Source: a bacterium
GTDB taxonomy: Bacteria > Patescibacteriota > Microgenomatia > Daviesbacterales > UBA10151
DNA: 64,000 nucleotides
Assembly: GCA_021786105.1 (NCBI GenBank)
Contig: JAJYNW010000010.1
Span: forward strand, 1-64,000
Reading direction: 5' to 3'
The position numbers were made by a program, and so were the translations under genes. The notes under the pieces were generated by a model, which did not search any database, was not told the DNA's origin, and was given only the letters and a program-made list of their open reading frames with translations. The stretch's first letter is position 1. The number at the start of each line of letters is the position of its first letter. Below, one piece after another: positions 1 through 8,768 of this stretch.

Positions 1-1
1 A

Positions 2-121
2 CCTCAACTTACCCTAGTTGTTAACCAGTTCTTAGACAGATATCATTATCACAGGCCACATATTAACAAAGGCATGAGACCACCCTTAGAGAGGAGTTAG
101 TGTCGGATATTTACGGGGACA
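2..121 (+). mobile_element. 3' end of an IS481/IS3-type integrase-core transposase plus probable right end (truncated by window edge)
   Basis: Frame 2 reads PQLTLVVNQFLDRYHYHRPHINKGMRPPLERS* (TAG 98-100), matching the YxxxRPH...G..P tail of rve transposases; followed by TGTCGGATATTTACGGGGACA (101-121), ending in ACA as IS481 ends do. Confidence 0.6.
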
Positions 122-345
122 TTGCGGATTATCAACCAATGGGTAGTACGGGAATAGGATGGTGTGAAGGTTGGAAAGCTTGGAGAATTAATTTGAGAAT
201 TGATCCAAAATAGTGGCCCTTAGAGAATTCAAAAAGGCAAAGTAGGATTGTTTACTGGTTAGCCAGGAATTTTTTCTGGCTCAGCGATTCTGTCTGTTTT
301 CGGTCCAAAGAGGAAGCTATAAAAAAGATATCTCCTAAACCCTAA
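121..345 (+). pseudogene. Possible gene remnant with in-frame TAG, abutting the IS end
   Basis: One frame is open from 121 to TAA at 343-345 except TAG at 211-213 (IADYQPMG...IDPK*WPLE...SPKP*). Confidence 0.3.
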
Positions 346-412
346 ATATTTTTAGGCTCTTGATAAATAACTGGTTCATTCCATAGAACAAATTTTAATT
401 AGTATTTTCTTA

Positions 413-445
413 TTGACATTAATACTACGGCCGTAGTATTAATGT
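413..445 (+). promoter_or_regulatory. Promoter with perfect 30-bp palindromic operator (upstream copy, cassette 1)
   Basis: TTGACA 413-418; ACATTAATACTACGGCCGTAGTATTAATGT 416-445 is a perfect dyad; ATTAAT 438-443 lies 19 bp after the -35. Confidence 0.8.
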
Positions 446-449
446 TTTA

Positions 450-932
450 ATGAATGTAAAAAAAGGGATTAGCGACCTCGTGCTTCTGACTCTGGAAAAA
501 TCAATTGATGGTTACGTAATTTTTGAGGATTTTATTTATAATCCACTGTTGGAAAGGCCAGTAAAAAAATCGGCACTCTCTCAAGCTTTGAAAAGATTAA
601 GAGAAGGTGGTTTAATTGAGTTACTAAGTGATGAAAAACTGGCATATAGGTTGACGGATAAGGGTAAAGAGAAAGCAGTATTGGCCAGCTTGAAATTTAG
701 TGAAAAAGAATGGGATGGAAAATGGAGGTTGGTAATTTTTGATGTGCCGGAGAAACGAAGACAAGCAAGGGATCTATTGCGATCTAAATTAAAACAATGG
801 GGATTTATAATTTTTCAGCAAAGTGTTTGGGGAACTAAGAAAAATTGCACAAAAGCTATTAGGGATTTTATTAAAAGTGTGGGGATAGAAGATTGGGTGA
901 TGGTGGTGGAATCAGATAACATTGGCCGTTGA
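450..932 (+). CDS. PaaX-family-like regulator (winged HTH + Cas2-like domain), paralog 1
   Basis: KSALSQALKRLR...YRLTDKG wHTH; WDGKWRLVIFDVPEKRR...LKQWGF...QQSVW PaaX central/Cas2-like fold. Confidence 0.85.
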   Translation: MNVKKGISDLVLLTLEKSIDGYVIFEDFIYNPLLERPVKKSALSQALKRLREGGLIELLSDEKLAYRLTDKGKEKAVLASLKFSEKEWDGKWRLVIFDVPEKRRQARDLLRSKLKQWGFIIFQQSVWGTKKNCTKAIRDFIKSVGIEDWVMVVESDNIGR

Positions 933-961
933 CATTAAACATCCGGCCGTGGGATTAATGT
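929..961 (+). repeat. Downstream direct-repeat copy of the cassette-1 palindrome, overlapping the stop codon
   Basis: TTGACATTAA-ACATC-CGGCCG-TGGGA-TTAATGT, in the same register as 413-445. Confidence 0.8.
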
Positions 962-1030
962 AAATGAATGTACAAACGGAATCTTTAGGAACATGCAGAT
1001 GAGTTATTTGCAGGAATCCATAAAGATGGT

Positions 1031-1465
1031 ATGGCGGTTATCCAGCAATATGCAAAACCCCTTAAGCCTAGACCAAGAAACCTACGCTCTTTCTTAGGAG
1101 CACTATGCGACAACACCATCTATTGTGGCATGGTGTATCGGCATGGCCGAAAGATAGATCTTACTATAGAGGGAGAGGGGCAGCCCAAGGTAGACATAGG
1201 GATTGGTGAATGGACTAACGTTCATGGTCGACGTTGGCTTTTATTTAATATAGAAGGAGTGCGGCAGTGTTTGGGCACGAGTATTAGCAAAGAAAGTGAA
1301 GTTTCATGGAATATTTTAGCTGGTGATCAATGGGATGAATTCATGAGAGGCCATCTCTATAATCTGGACAAACCACAGAATCCGCTTGAGGCAGCTCAGA
1401 AATGGCGGGGTGTAATGGATGATGTTTTGAAAGTTCGACCGATCCACCGAGCAGCATTACCCTAG
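1031..1465 (+). CDS. Hypothetical protein
   Basis: 144-aa ORF filling the gap; no motif recognised. Confidence 0.55.
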   Translation: MAVIQQYAKPLKPRPRNLRSFLGALCDNTIYCGMVYRHGRKIDLTIEGEGQPKVDIGIGEWTNVHGRRWLLFNIEGVRQCLGTSISKESEVSWNILAGDQWDEFMRGHLYNLDKPQNPLEAAQKWRGVMDDVLKVRPIHRAALP

Positions 1466-1483
1466 ATAAAATCAGTTAGCAGG

Positions 1484-2206
1484 TTAAACTTTTGATTTTG
1501 AGAGGTAGTCAATAGATTTTTCGTATTGTTCTTTGGTAATCATATTTTTTCCCATGTAATAATCTAAAATATCAGTTAGTTTCATGGCAGCATAAACTTT
1601 GCAGCCTTCTTTTTCCACCTGTTCTACCCCGCCTTGCTCCCGGTCAATTAATACCAGCATGTTGGCATAAAAGCCGACTGTTTTAGCAGCTTCCAAAGCC
1701 TCCAATTTGGATTTGCCGTGGGCAATGACATCATCAATTACCAAAAGCTTAGTGTTCGGTTTTGGGGTCACGCCTTCTTTAATCACAATTTTTCTGTCAG
1801 TATTTTGGCCGATTTTTTCAAATACATCCATAAAAGGCATTTTAGAAACCTCAGAAAACTTCTGGGCAATTACTAAAGCAGCTTTAGGGACTCCGGTACA
1901 AAAATCCTGTGGAGTTTCTAATTTAACTTCGGAAAGAACCTGGGCAATTTTAGTTAAAACTTCCTCCGGTAAATTTCTTAAATTTATATAAATTGGAGAT
2001 AAGGGAGCTTCTATTTTTACCTCATGTACTTTTAAGGCAAATTCTCCCGGGTCTTTTGCAAAATCAATCGGGCTGGTTGGCCGGGAACCTTCCTCAAGGT
2101 AATATGAGCCATCTTCTTTTTGTTTGCGCCTGATGACTTTGGCTTCGATTTTGGTGTTTAACAACAGGTCAGCCAGTTCCTGTTGTGACTTTGTGAGATT
2201 AGACAT
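1484..2206 (-). CDS. pyrE: Orotate phosphoribosyltransferase
   Basis: SPIYINLR, PRPP loop LLVIDDVIAHGKSK, LIDREQGG; overlaps pyrF stop. Confidence 0.85.
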   Translation of the reverse strand: MSNLTKSQQELADLLLNTKIEAKVIRRKQKEDGSYYLEEGSRPTSPIDFAKDPGEFALKVHEVKIEAPLSPIYINLRNLPEEVLTKIAQVLSEVKLETPQDFCTGVPKAALVIAQKFSEVSKMPFMDVFEKIGQNTDRKIVIKEGVTPKPNTKLLVIDDVIAHGKSKLEALEAAKTVGFYANMLVLIDREQGGVEQVEKEGCKVYAAMKLTDILDYYMGKNMITKEQYEKSIDYLSKSKV

Positions 2207-2969
2207 TCTTTATAGCCTCCTGAATTTGAGAGTGTAAACCTTCGGTAGCTTTTCTTGGATCAGGAGCAAAGATGATACCACGGGAGGATGAAATAATTAA
2301 GCCTTGCTTCTTGCTGTTTAGGCCATTTTTAATGGTTGCTTCCAAGTCTCCGCCCTGGGCTCCAATACCTGGTACTAAAATCGGCATATCTCCCACAATT
2401 TCCCTAACTTTTTTCAGCTCTTCAGGATAAGTTGCTCCAACCACTACCGCACAATTTCCATTTGCGTTCCAGTCTTTGGCCACATGTTCGGCAACTAATT
2501 GGTAAAAAGGTTTTCCTTCCACCATTAAGTCCTGAAATTCGCCTGCTCCTGGATTTGATGTTCTGACGAGCACAAAAATTGTTTTGTTGACTCTTTTCAA
2601 AAAAGATTCCAGGGCTTCTTTCCCAAGATAGGGATGAACTGTAACCGCATCAACGCCCAAATCATCAAAAATAGCTTTGGCATAAGCCTCATTGGTATTA
2701 CCAATATCACCTCTTTTGGCGTCTAAAATAATTGGTACAGTAGGCGCTTTTTCTTTAATATATTGGACGGTTTTTTTAAGTGATTCTAAACCCGCAGTTC
2801 CGGAGGCCTCATAAAAAGCGCTTTGTGGTTTATAGGCACAAACTAAGTCAAAAGTTTGATCGATGATGTTTTTATCAAATTCAAAATCACCTTTGTCCAA
2901 ACCAACGCAGACAAATTTACCCTCGTTCCATTTGGCAGTAAGTTTATCCAGGAAAGAATGATTTATCAT
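2199..2969 (-). CDS. pyrF: Orotidine-5'-phosphate decarboxylase (likely start MINHSF at 2969)
   Basis: CVGLD, DAKRGDIGNT, VVGATYP, LVPGIGAQGG, SSSRGI. Confidence 0.95.
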   Translation of the reverse strand: MINHSFLDKLTAKWNEGKFVCVGLDKGDFEFDKNIIDQTFDLVCAYKPQSAFYEASGTAGLESLKKTVQYIKEKAPTVPIILDAKRGDIGNTNEAYAKAIFDDLGVDAVTVHPYLGKEALESFLKRVNKTIFVLVRTSNPGAGEFQDLMVEGKPFYQLVAEHVAKDWNANGNCAVVVGATYPEELKKVREIVGDMPILVPGIGAQGGDLEATIKNGLNSKKQGLIISSSRGIIFAPDPRKATEGLHSQIQEAIKNV

Positions 2970-2983
2970 AGTTTTTATGGTAT

Positions 2984-3030
2984 GTTCTCGGATGCACTCG
3001 AACAATATTCTTCGAGCGATTAGCGAGAAG
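2984..3030. repeat. Inverted pair of short hairpin elements upstream of pyrF
   Basis: GTTCTCGGATGCACTCGAAC (2984-3003) and CTTCGAGCGATTAGCGAGAAG (3010-3030) are near reverse complements. Confidence 0.5.
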
Positions 3031-3089
3031 TTACATCATTATATAAAGGTTTGTGGACATTCACAAGCTGTGGTATATTGGTCGGAGCC

Positions 3090-3878
3090 ATGGATAAGGC
3101 CCTTCCCAATGTTAAACTTTTTCTGGTTTTGATATTTTTTTCTTTAGTTATTTTTCTGATGGATACTGCTAATTTGTTAAATTTCCCAAAGGGATTGGCA
3201 TTTTATATCACCAATCCCATTTCCTTCGGAATTTACAACACTAATAAAAGCATTAGTAGGCAATTTTATTTTATCTTCGGGGCCCGTTTTGCCGCCCAGG
3301 AAAATAAGGCTTTAAAAGAACAAGCAGGAAAGTTGTTTTCCGAAAATGCCAATTTACGGAAAAAACTGGCGGAGACAGAAGCCCTTGTTTCGCAGGAAAA
3401 GCACCTTGATCCCGGTACCTATAATACGTTACCTGCCAGGCCGATCGGATTGGGCCGGTACTTAAAAATCGATAAAGGATCTAATTCCGGTATTAAAGTG
3501 GGGGAAGCAGTGGTGTTTGAAGATAATTTCATCGGCAAGGTGGTGACTGTATCTCCGCAAGCTGCCAATGTTCAGCTGGTGACTGATCCTGATTCAAAGG
3601 TGGCGGCATTCTCTCAAAACAAAGAGGGTAAGGCTAAAGGAGTGCTGCTGGGACAATTTGGCACGGACGTTTTGCTTGATAAAATACTGCATGAGGAAAA
3701 GATTGAGATGGGGGATTTGGTCTATTCAGAAGGGACGGAAGGGTATTTGCCCAGAGGGTTAATTTTGGGAAAGGTGACCCAGGTTTTGGAGCAGGAGAAT
3801 GAAGTGTTTAAACAGGCAAAAGTTGCTCCGATATTTGATATCAGCGACCTGGAATTGGTGTTTGTGATAGAGGAGTAA
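3090..3878 (+). CDS. mreC: Rod shape protein MreC (likely start MDKALP at 3090)
   Basis: N-terminal TM, coiled coil ENKALKE...ENANLR, IDKGSNSGIKVG, GDLVYSEG...PRGL. Confidence 0.9.
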   Translation: MDKALPNVKLFLVLIFFSLVIFLMDTANLLNFPKGLAFYITNPISFGIYNTNKSISRQFYFIFGARFAAQENKALKEQAGKLFSENANLRKKLAETEALVSQEKHLDPGTYNTLPARPIGLGRYLKIDKGSNSGIKVGEAVVFEDNFIGKVVTVSPQAANVQLVTDPDSKVAAFSQNKEGKAKGVLLGQFGTDVLLDKILHEEKIEMGDLVYSEGTEGYLPRGLILGKVTQVLEQENEVFKQAKVAPIFDISDLELVFVIEE

Positions 3879-3880
3879 TT

Positions 3881-4324
3881 ATGAAAACCTTAATTGTTGT
3901 TTTAATCATTGCCGCTTTTTTGCAATCAACTATCGTGCCGGTAGATTTGGTTTTAATCATTCTTATCTGTCGGGCTTATGTCAGATCCGAAAGACAAAAT
4001 CTTTACCTTGGTTTTGCTTTTGGTCTTCTGACTGCCCATTTAAACTTAACCGGTTTGGGGCTTCAGAGCTTAATTTATCTGGCTGCCATCCAAGCCACCC
4101 AGGCTTTATCAAGGATTCGGCTGGCCGGCAATCCTTTAATGATCGTGCCGATTTGCCTGGTCTTTTTATCCTTCAGCCAGGCCATAAATTCATTTATTAA
4201 CCACCAAACGCTGGAGCTGACAAAAGTATTTTTTGTCTCCTTTTTATCCTTGCCAACTCTTTTCCTGTTGAGACTGTGGGAAGAAAGATTTATTGTCCGA
4301 AAAGAGATAAAATTACGCATGTAA
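3881..4324 (+). CDS. mreD: MreD-like membrane protein
   Basis: Multi-TM protein between mreC and PBP2. Confidence 0.7.
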   Translation: MKTLIVVLIIAAFLQSTIVPVDLVLIILICRAYVRSERQNLYLGFAFGLLTAHLNLTGLGLQSLIYLAAIQATQALSRIRLAGNPLMIVPICLVFLSFSQAINSFINHQTLELTKVFFVSFLSLPTLFLLRLWEERFIVRKEIKLRM

Positions 4325-4354
4325 AAATTTTATGCGAAACTAAAAATGTAAGTT

Positions 4355-6220
4355 ATGGCTAAAAGGAGAAATTTAGGCTTTAGTTTTTCTGACGAAGTAG
4401 CAAAAGTTACAAGTAAAACCGGACATTTTAAAAAGGGGGAATCGCCCGAGTGGGTTGATTCTTTACTGCCTAATTGCGGAGCAACAAGCTCGTCTTATTT
4501 CCGCCCGGGTCAGGAGCAGGAAGTTCAGCACAGTATTTGGAGGGTGGTAGTTTTTTTCATTCTTTGTTTGGTGGCATTTTTTTTCATCTTTCTGCGGCTT
4601 TTTCACCTGCAAATTGTGGAAGGTAAGATTAACCGGGAGCTGGCTGATGGCAACCGGATCCAAATTAGGATTATACATGCCCCCCGGGGAGTGATCTTTG
4701 ACCGCAACGGCAAAATTTTAGCCGCCAATTCCCCCGCCTTTCGGTTAAATGACCCCTCTTCTACTGAACATAAAGTCAGAATGGTAACCCGGGAACAGGC
4801 TTTGGAATGGGAAGTGAAAAATGATCCCCAGTGGGAAAACTTAGAAGTTGATAATGTCCGGACTTATCCGGAAGGGGAAAAACTGGCCCATGTGGTGGGA
4901 TATACGGGGGAGATTTCCGAAGAGCAGCTTAAACTGCCCGATTATAAAAATTACCATTCCGGAGACAGAATTGGGCAGACGGGCATAGAGGCAAAATACG
5001 AAAAACTTTTGCGCGGCACAGACGGTGGAGAGATTATTGAAGTCGATTCCAAGGGCCGGAAATTGCGGACTCTCAGGCTTCAGCCGCCTATTTCCGGACA
5101 AAATATTTATTTAGCAATTGATGCATCTTTGCAGGAGAAACTTTATGATTTATTGAAAGATGCAGTAGCTAAGGCAAACAGTTGCTGCGGGGCAGCTGTG
5201 GCGGAGGATCCGAATGACGGTAAGATTTTGGCTTTGGTCTCCGTGCCTTCTTTTGATCCGAATGTATTTACTAAAGTGGAGGATGACGGTGCTATCAGTG
5301 AGATTTTTTCCCGTTCTGATTCACCAAGCTTGGATCGGGTGATTAGTGGTACTTACCCGCCTGGTTCGACTTTTAAGATAGTTTCTTCACTGGCAGCCCT
5401 CTCTTCTGGAAAAGTTAATGCGGACATGACTGTTGAGGATAACGGAGTAATGAATTTGGGGCCGTATAAATTTACCAACTGGTATTTTAATCAATACGGC
5501 AAGACAGAAGGATTGGTAAATTTATTAAGAGCTCTGGAGCGGTCGAATGATACTTATTTTTACAAAATTTCCCAAATTATCGGAGAAAATGCAATTGCCG
5601 ATTGGGCTAAGAAGCTGTATTTAGGCGGGAAATTAGGAATTGATTTGCCGGGAGAGGAAAAAGGTTTAGTGCCTGATAATGCCTGGAAACAGGAAAACTA
5701 TGGGCAGCCCTGGTATCCAGGGGATACTTTACATATGGCCATCGGCCAGGGGTTTGTTTTGGCAACACCTTTACAGGTTTTAGGTTTTACTTCCTATATT
5801 GCCTCGGATGGTAATTTATATAAACCGGAGTTGCTGCGGGATGACAAGCCCAAAATTTTAGCCGCCAATTTACTGCCAAAAGAACAGATTAAATTAATCA
5901 AAGATGGCTTGAAGCTGGTGCCAAAAGACGGAGGAACTGCCTGGCCGTTTTTCAATTTCCCGATAGAAACTGCCGGCAAAACCGGAACCGCCGAATATGG
6001 TGATCCGAAAGACAGGACTCATGCCTGGTATACCTCATTTGCTCCGGCTGATGATCCCAAAATTGCTTTAACGGTTTTGATAGAAGGCGGCGGGGAAGGG
6101 TCAAACGTGGCCGCACCGGTAGCCAAGGAAACCTACCGTTGGTACTTATCGCCGGATAAAAATAGATTGATAAAAGACCTTTATACCGCCACCGATTCCG
6201 GTAAAACTTTAGGGGAATAA
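4355..6220 (+). CDS. mrdA: Penicillin-binding protein 2 (class B)
   Basis: APRGVIFDRNG, PGSTFK (SxxK), SND, KTGTAE. Confidence 0.92.
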   Translation: MAKRRNLGFSFSDEVAKVTSKTGHFKKGESPEWVDSLLPNCGATSSSYFRPGQEQEVQHSIWRVVVFFILCLVAFFFIFLRLFHLQIVEGKINRELADGNRIQIRIIHAPRGVIFDRNGKILAANSPAFRLNDPSSTEHKVRMVTREQALEWEVKNDPQWENLEVDNVRTYPEGEKLAHVVGYTGEISEEQLKLPDYKNYHSGDRIGQTGIEAKYEKLLRGTDGGEIIEVDSKGRKLRTLRLQPPISGQNIYLAIDASLQEKLYDLLKDAVAKANSCCGAAVAEDPNDGKILALVSVPSFDPNVFTKVEDDGAISEIFSRSDSPSLDRVISGTYPPGSTFKIVSSLAALSSGKVNADMTVEDNGVMNLGPYKFTNWYFNQYGKTEGLVNLLRALERSNDTYFYKISQIIGENAIADWAKKLYLGGKLGIDLPGEEKGLVPDNAWKQENYGQPWYPGDTLHMAIGQGFVLATPLQVLGFTSYIASDGNLYKPELLRDDKPKILAANLLPKEQIKLIKDGLKLVPKDGGTAWPFFNFPIETAGKTGTAEYGDPKDRTHAWYTSFAPADDPKIALTVLIEGGGEGSNVAAPVAKETYRWYLSPDKNRLIKDLYTATDSGKTLGE

Positions 6221-6283
6221 TTTAAATATATAACAGGATGGAGCAGTTGACAATCTCCCAATAAAGAGAGAAGATATTTTTGG

Positions 6284-6601
6284 ATGAAGAAAGAGATTAA
6301 AATTTTTTTAGCCATCTTTGTGATTTTGCTAATAGCTGTAGTTTCAGGAGTAATAGTCCGTAATAAGTATCAACAAGCAGATGATTTATGTACGCAACAA
6401 TTACAAAACAAAGCCTTAGAGGAAATTAGTAGGATTGGTAGCCAAAATAATCTGATAAATATGCTACAAAATGGTGCTGGTGACTATTTCAAAGATATCG
6501 CAGCATTAAATGCTAATCTGAAATTATTTTATCGGGATTGTATGAAAAAAGAGGGTATTCCAGGTATGTTTATTAAGGATAAAGAGCCAGCTAAAAAGTA
6601 A
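6284..6601 (+). CDS. Small membrane-anchored hypothetical protein
   Basis: N-terminal hydrophobic helix, two Cys; TTGACA at 6247-6252 upstream. Confidence 0.6.
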   Translation: MKKEIKIFLAIFVILLIAVVSGVIVRNKYQQADDLCTQQLQNKALEEISRIGSQNNLINMLQNGAGDYFKDIAALNANLKLFYRDCMKKEGIPGMFIKDKEPAKK

Positions 6602-6670
6602 ATTCTCCTATCGTGCTTCGCAATATAGCAACTCCATAATGATATTTTTGTAGGTAGTAGCCATAATAAT

Positions 6671-6706
6671 TTGACAAAATGTTCTCGGCCGAGAATATAA
6701 TGAAAA
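6671..6706 (+). promoter_or_regulatory. TTGACA-N19-TATAAT promoter with palindromic operator (upstream copy, cassette 2)
   Basis: TTGACA 6671-6676, dyad TTCTCGGCCGAGAA 6682-6695, TATAAT 6696-6701. Confidence 0.8.
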
Positions 6707-6716
6707 TATACCCTTT

Positions 6717-7211
6717 ATGAACAAAAGAAAAAGTTTGTCCAAGTTAATCCTTCTAATGTTGGAAAAAGCAGTTGATGGTTATGTCAGGTTTGAGGATTTT
6801 GCCTACAACCCTGGATTTTATGTATCAGGAATGAGGGAAGTTAACAAATCAGCTCTGGCTAATGCTTTGAAGAGACTAAGAGACAATGGTTTTGTAGAGC
6901 TTATTTGTGACAAGGAACTGGCTTTAAGACTTGCAGATACTGGACGAAGCAAGGCTTTATGGATAAAAATGAAGTTAGAGGATGAAAAATGGGATGGGAA
7001 ATGGAGGTTGGTGATTTGGGATATTCCTGAGAAAAGGAGGAATGCTAGAGATTTATTAAGGTATCAGTTAAAACAGCTTGGATTTAAAAAATTTCAGCAA
7101 AGTGTTTGGGCTTCAAAGAAAAATTGTACATTCCTTTTAAGAGAATACATTAAAAAAGTTGGGATAGAGGATTGGGTCAAGGTTGTGGAATCAGATGAAT
7201 TAAGTGTTTGA
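6717..7211 (+). CDS. PaaX-family-like regulator (wHTH + Cas2-like), paralog 2
   Basis: KSALANALKRLR, WDGKWRLVIWDIPEKRR, QQSVW, VGIEDWV; colinear with 450-932. Confidence 0.85.
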   Translation: MNKRKSLSKLILLMLEKAVDGYVRFEDFAYNPGFYVSGMREVNKSALANALKRLRDNGFVELICDKELALRLADTGRSKALWIKMKLEDEKWDGKWRLVIWDIPEKRRNARDLLRYQLKQLGFKKFQQSVWASKKNCTFLLREYIKKVGIEDWVKVVESDELSV

Positions 7212-7225
7212 ATCAAGTATCTCAA

Positions 7226-7271
7226 TTCTCTTTTCATAAAATTCTCGGCCGAGAATATAATGAAAAGAGAA
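7226..7271. repeat. 46-bp palindrome (2 mismatched pairs); downstream copy of the cassette-2 site
   Basis: TTCTCGGCCGAGAATATAATGAAAA at 7242-7266 is identical to 6682-6706; the dyad extends TTCTCTTTTCAT...ATGAAAAGAGAA. Confidence 0.85.
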
Positions 7272-7310
7272 ATATGATTTATGTATGATCAAGATTGATT
7301 ACAAGTATTT

Positions 7311-8396
7311 ATGAATAATATTCCATATTTATTAGCGCTTCATTCAATTGATGGCTTGGGGCCGATTAGGCTGCGGGCGGTTTTGGAATATTTTAAAGAT
7401 CCGAAACTGGCTTGGGAAGCAGATGTTGGGGCAATTAGGAAGATTGGGGTTCCGGAAGCCGTAGCACAAAGGCTGGTGGAAACCAGAAAGAAGTTAGAGC
7501 CGGAAACCTATGCCAAAAAAATTGCTGATAGCGGCATCAAATGGATTACGGTTTTTGATGACAACTACCCCAAACTGCTTTCTCAAATTTACGATCCGCC
7601 GCTGGTTTTATATTTTAAAGGAAATTTAGAAGATACTGATAAAAAAACGATTGCAGTTGTCGGGACTAGAAAAATCACTGGTTATGGGAGAATAGCAACT
7701 CAGCAGTTTGCTAAAGGGTTGACTGAGGCAGGTTTAACGATTGTGTCAGGTTTGGCCCGGGGAGTAGATTCGCAGGCGCATCTAACTGCTGTTACGGAAA
7801 GCGGCCGGACCATTGCCGTTTTGGGCGGCGGGTTAAATAAAATCTTTCCGCCGGAAAATAGAGGCTTGGCAACAAAAATTGCCTCTGGTTTTGGAGCGGT
7901 AGTATCTGAGTTCCCTCCTGATTATCCGCCTTTGCCGGGGAATTTCCCGGCCAGGAATCGGATTATTTCCGGTTTATCCTTGGCAGTAGTAGTGATTGAG
8001 GCAGCTTCCGATTCCGGTTCCCTCATTACGGCCAGGTTGGCTTTGGAACAGGGGCGGGAAGTTTTTGCCGTGCCCGGGCCAATTACTTCAGATTTATCCA
8101 AAGGCCCAATTGATCTGATTAAAGACGGGGCCAGGGCAGTTTTTAGCCCGGAGGAAATTCTGGAGGAACTGGGAGTAGATAGGGTACAGGCTACAGGGTA
8201 CAGGTTACAGAATGAAAAAAATCTTTCAGAAGAAGAGGAAATGGTTTTGAAGGTGCTGGAAAATGAAAACCGCCACATTGATGAAATTGGCCGCCAGTTA
8301 AACTTCCCCTCTCCAAAAATTTCCGCACTTCTCCTCAAAATGGAAATTTCAGGGCTTGTTCAAAGCGTGGGAGCTGGGATATACTGCAAGAAGTAA
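7311..8396 (+). CDS. dprA: DNA-processing protein DprA/Smf
   Basis: YPKLLSQIYDPP, AVVGTR, SGLARGVD, FPARNRIISGLS, SGSLITA, REVFAVPG. Confidence 0.95.
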   Translation: MNNIPYLLALHSIDGLGPIRLRAVLEYFKDPKLAWEADVGAIRKIGVPEAVAQRLVETRKKLEPETYAKKIADSGIKWITVFDDNYPKLLSQIYDPPLVLYFKGNLEDTDKKTIAVVGTRKITGYGRIATQQFAKGLTEAGLTIVSGLARGVDSQAHLTAVTESGRTIAVLGGGLNKIFPPENRGLATKIASGFGAVVSEFPPDYPPLPGNFPARNRIISGLSLAVVVIEAASDSGSLITARLALEQGREVFAVPGPITSDLSKGPIDLIKDGARAVFSPEEILEELGVDRVQATGYRLQNEKNLSEEEEMVLKVLENENRHIDEIGRQLNFPSPKISALLLKMEISGLVQSVGAGIYCKK

Positions 8397-8417
8397 CTAT
8401 AATAAGAAGAATGTGAC

Positions 8418-8768
8418 ATGCCCAAAATACTTTTGCTTAGTATTGCTTTAAGTGTAATAATTTTTACCGGTATCGCCACTCTGGTTTTTAACCATAAGGA
8501 TCAAAAGGTCCCTTCCAAATTAGAAATTGATACAGCTGTTAATCAGGCTCAATACTTCTACCGCCAAAGAAAAGAAAGCGGTGAAGATTTCTCAAATGGC
8601 CCATGTTTATCAAATGCCTTAATGCCGGGTTGGGTAGTGGATATTGTGCACAAACCCCGAATACCCATTGATGATCTGCCGGAAAACCAATGCCCAGCTT
8701 TTATTGAGGGTAAAGCTCAGCATTTTGTGGAGCTTGATTTGAACGGAAATTTAGTGAGAGCGGAATGA
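8418..8768 (+). CDS. Membrane-anchored hypothetical protein
   Basis: N-terminal TM, GPCL...NQC; stop overlaps the Clp gene start. Confidence 0.7.
   Translation: MPKILLLSIALSVIIFTGIATLVFNHKDQKVPSKLEIDTAVNQAQYFYRQRKESGEDFSNGPCLSNALMPGWVVDIVHKPRIPIDDLPENQCPAFIEGKAQHFVELDLNGNLVRAE

Noticed and set aside
413-961. Integron attC cassette interpretation of the flanking palindromes
   Set aside because: No RYYYAAC/GTTRRRY ends and no integrase in the window.
450-7211. CRISPR-Cas locus suggested by Cas2-like domains
   Set aside because: No cas1, no effector genes and no repeat-spacer array; only two repeats per gene, enclosing a whole CDS.
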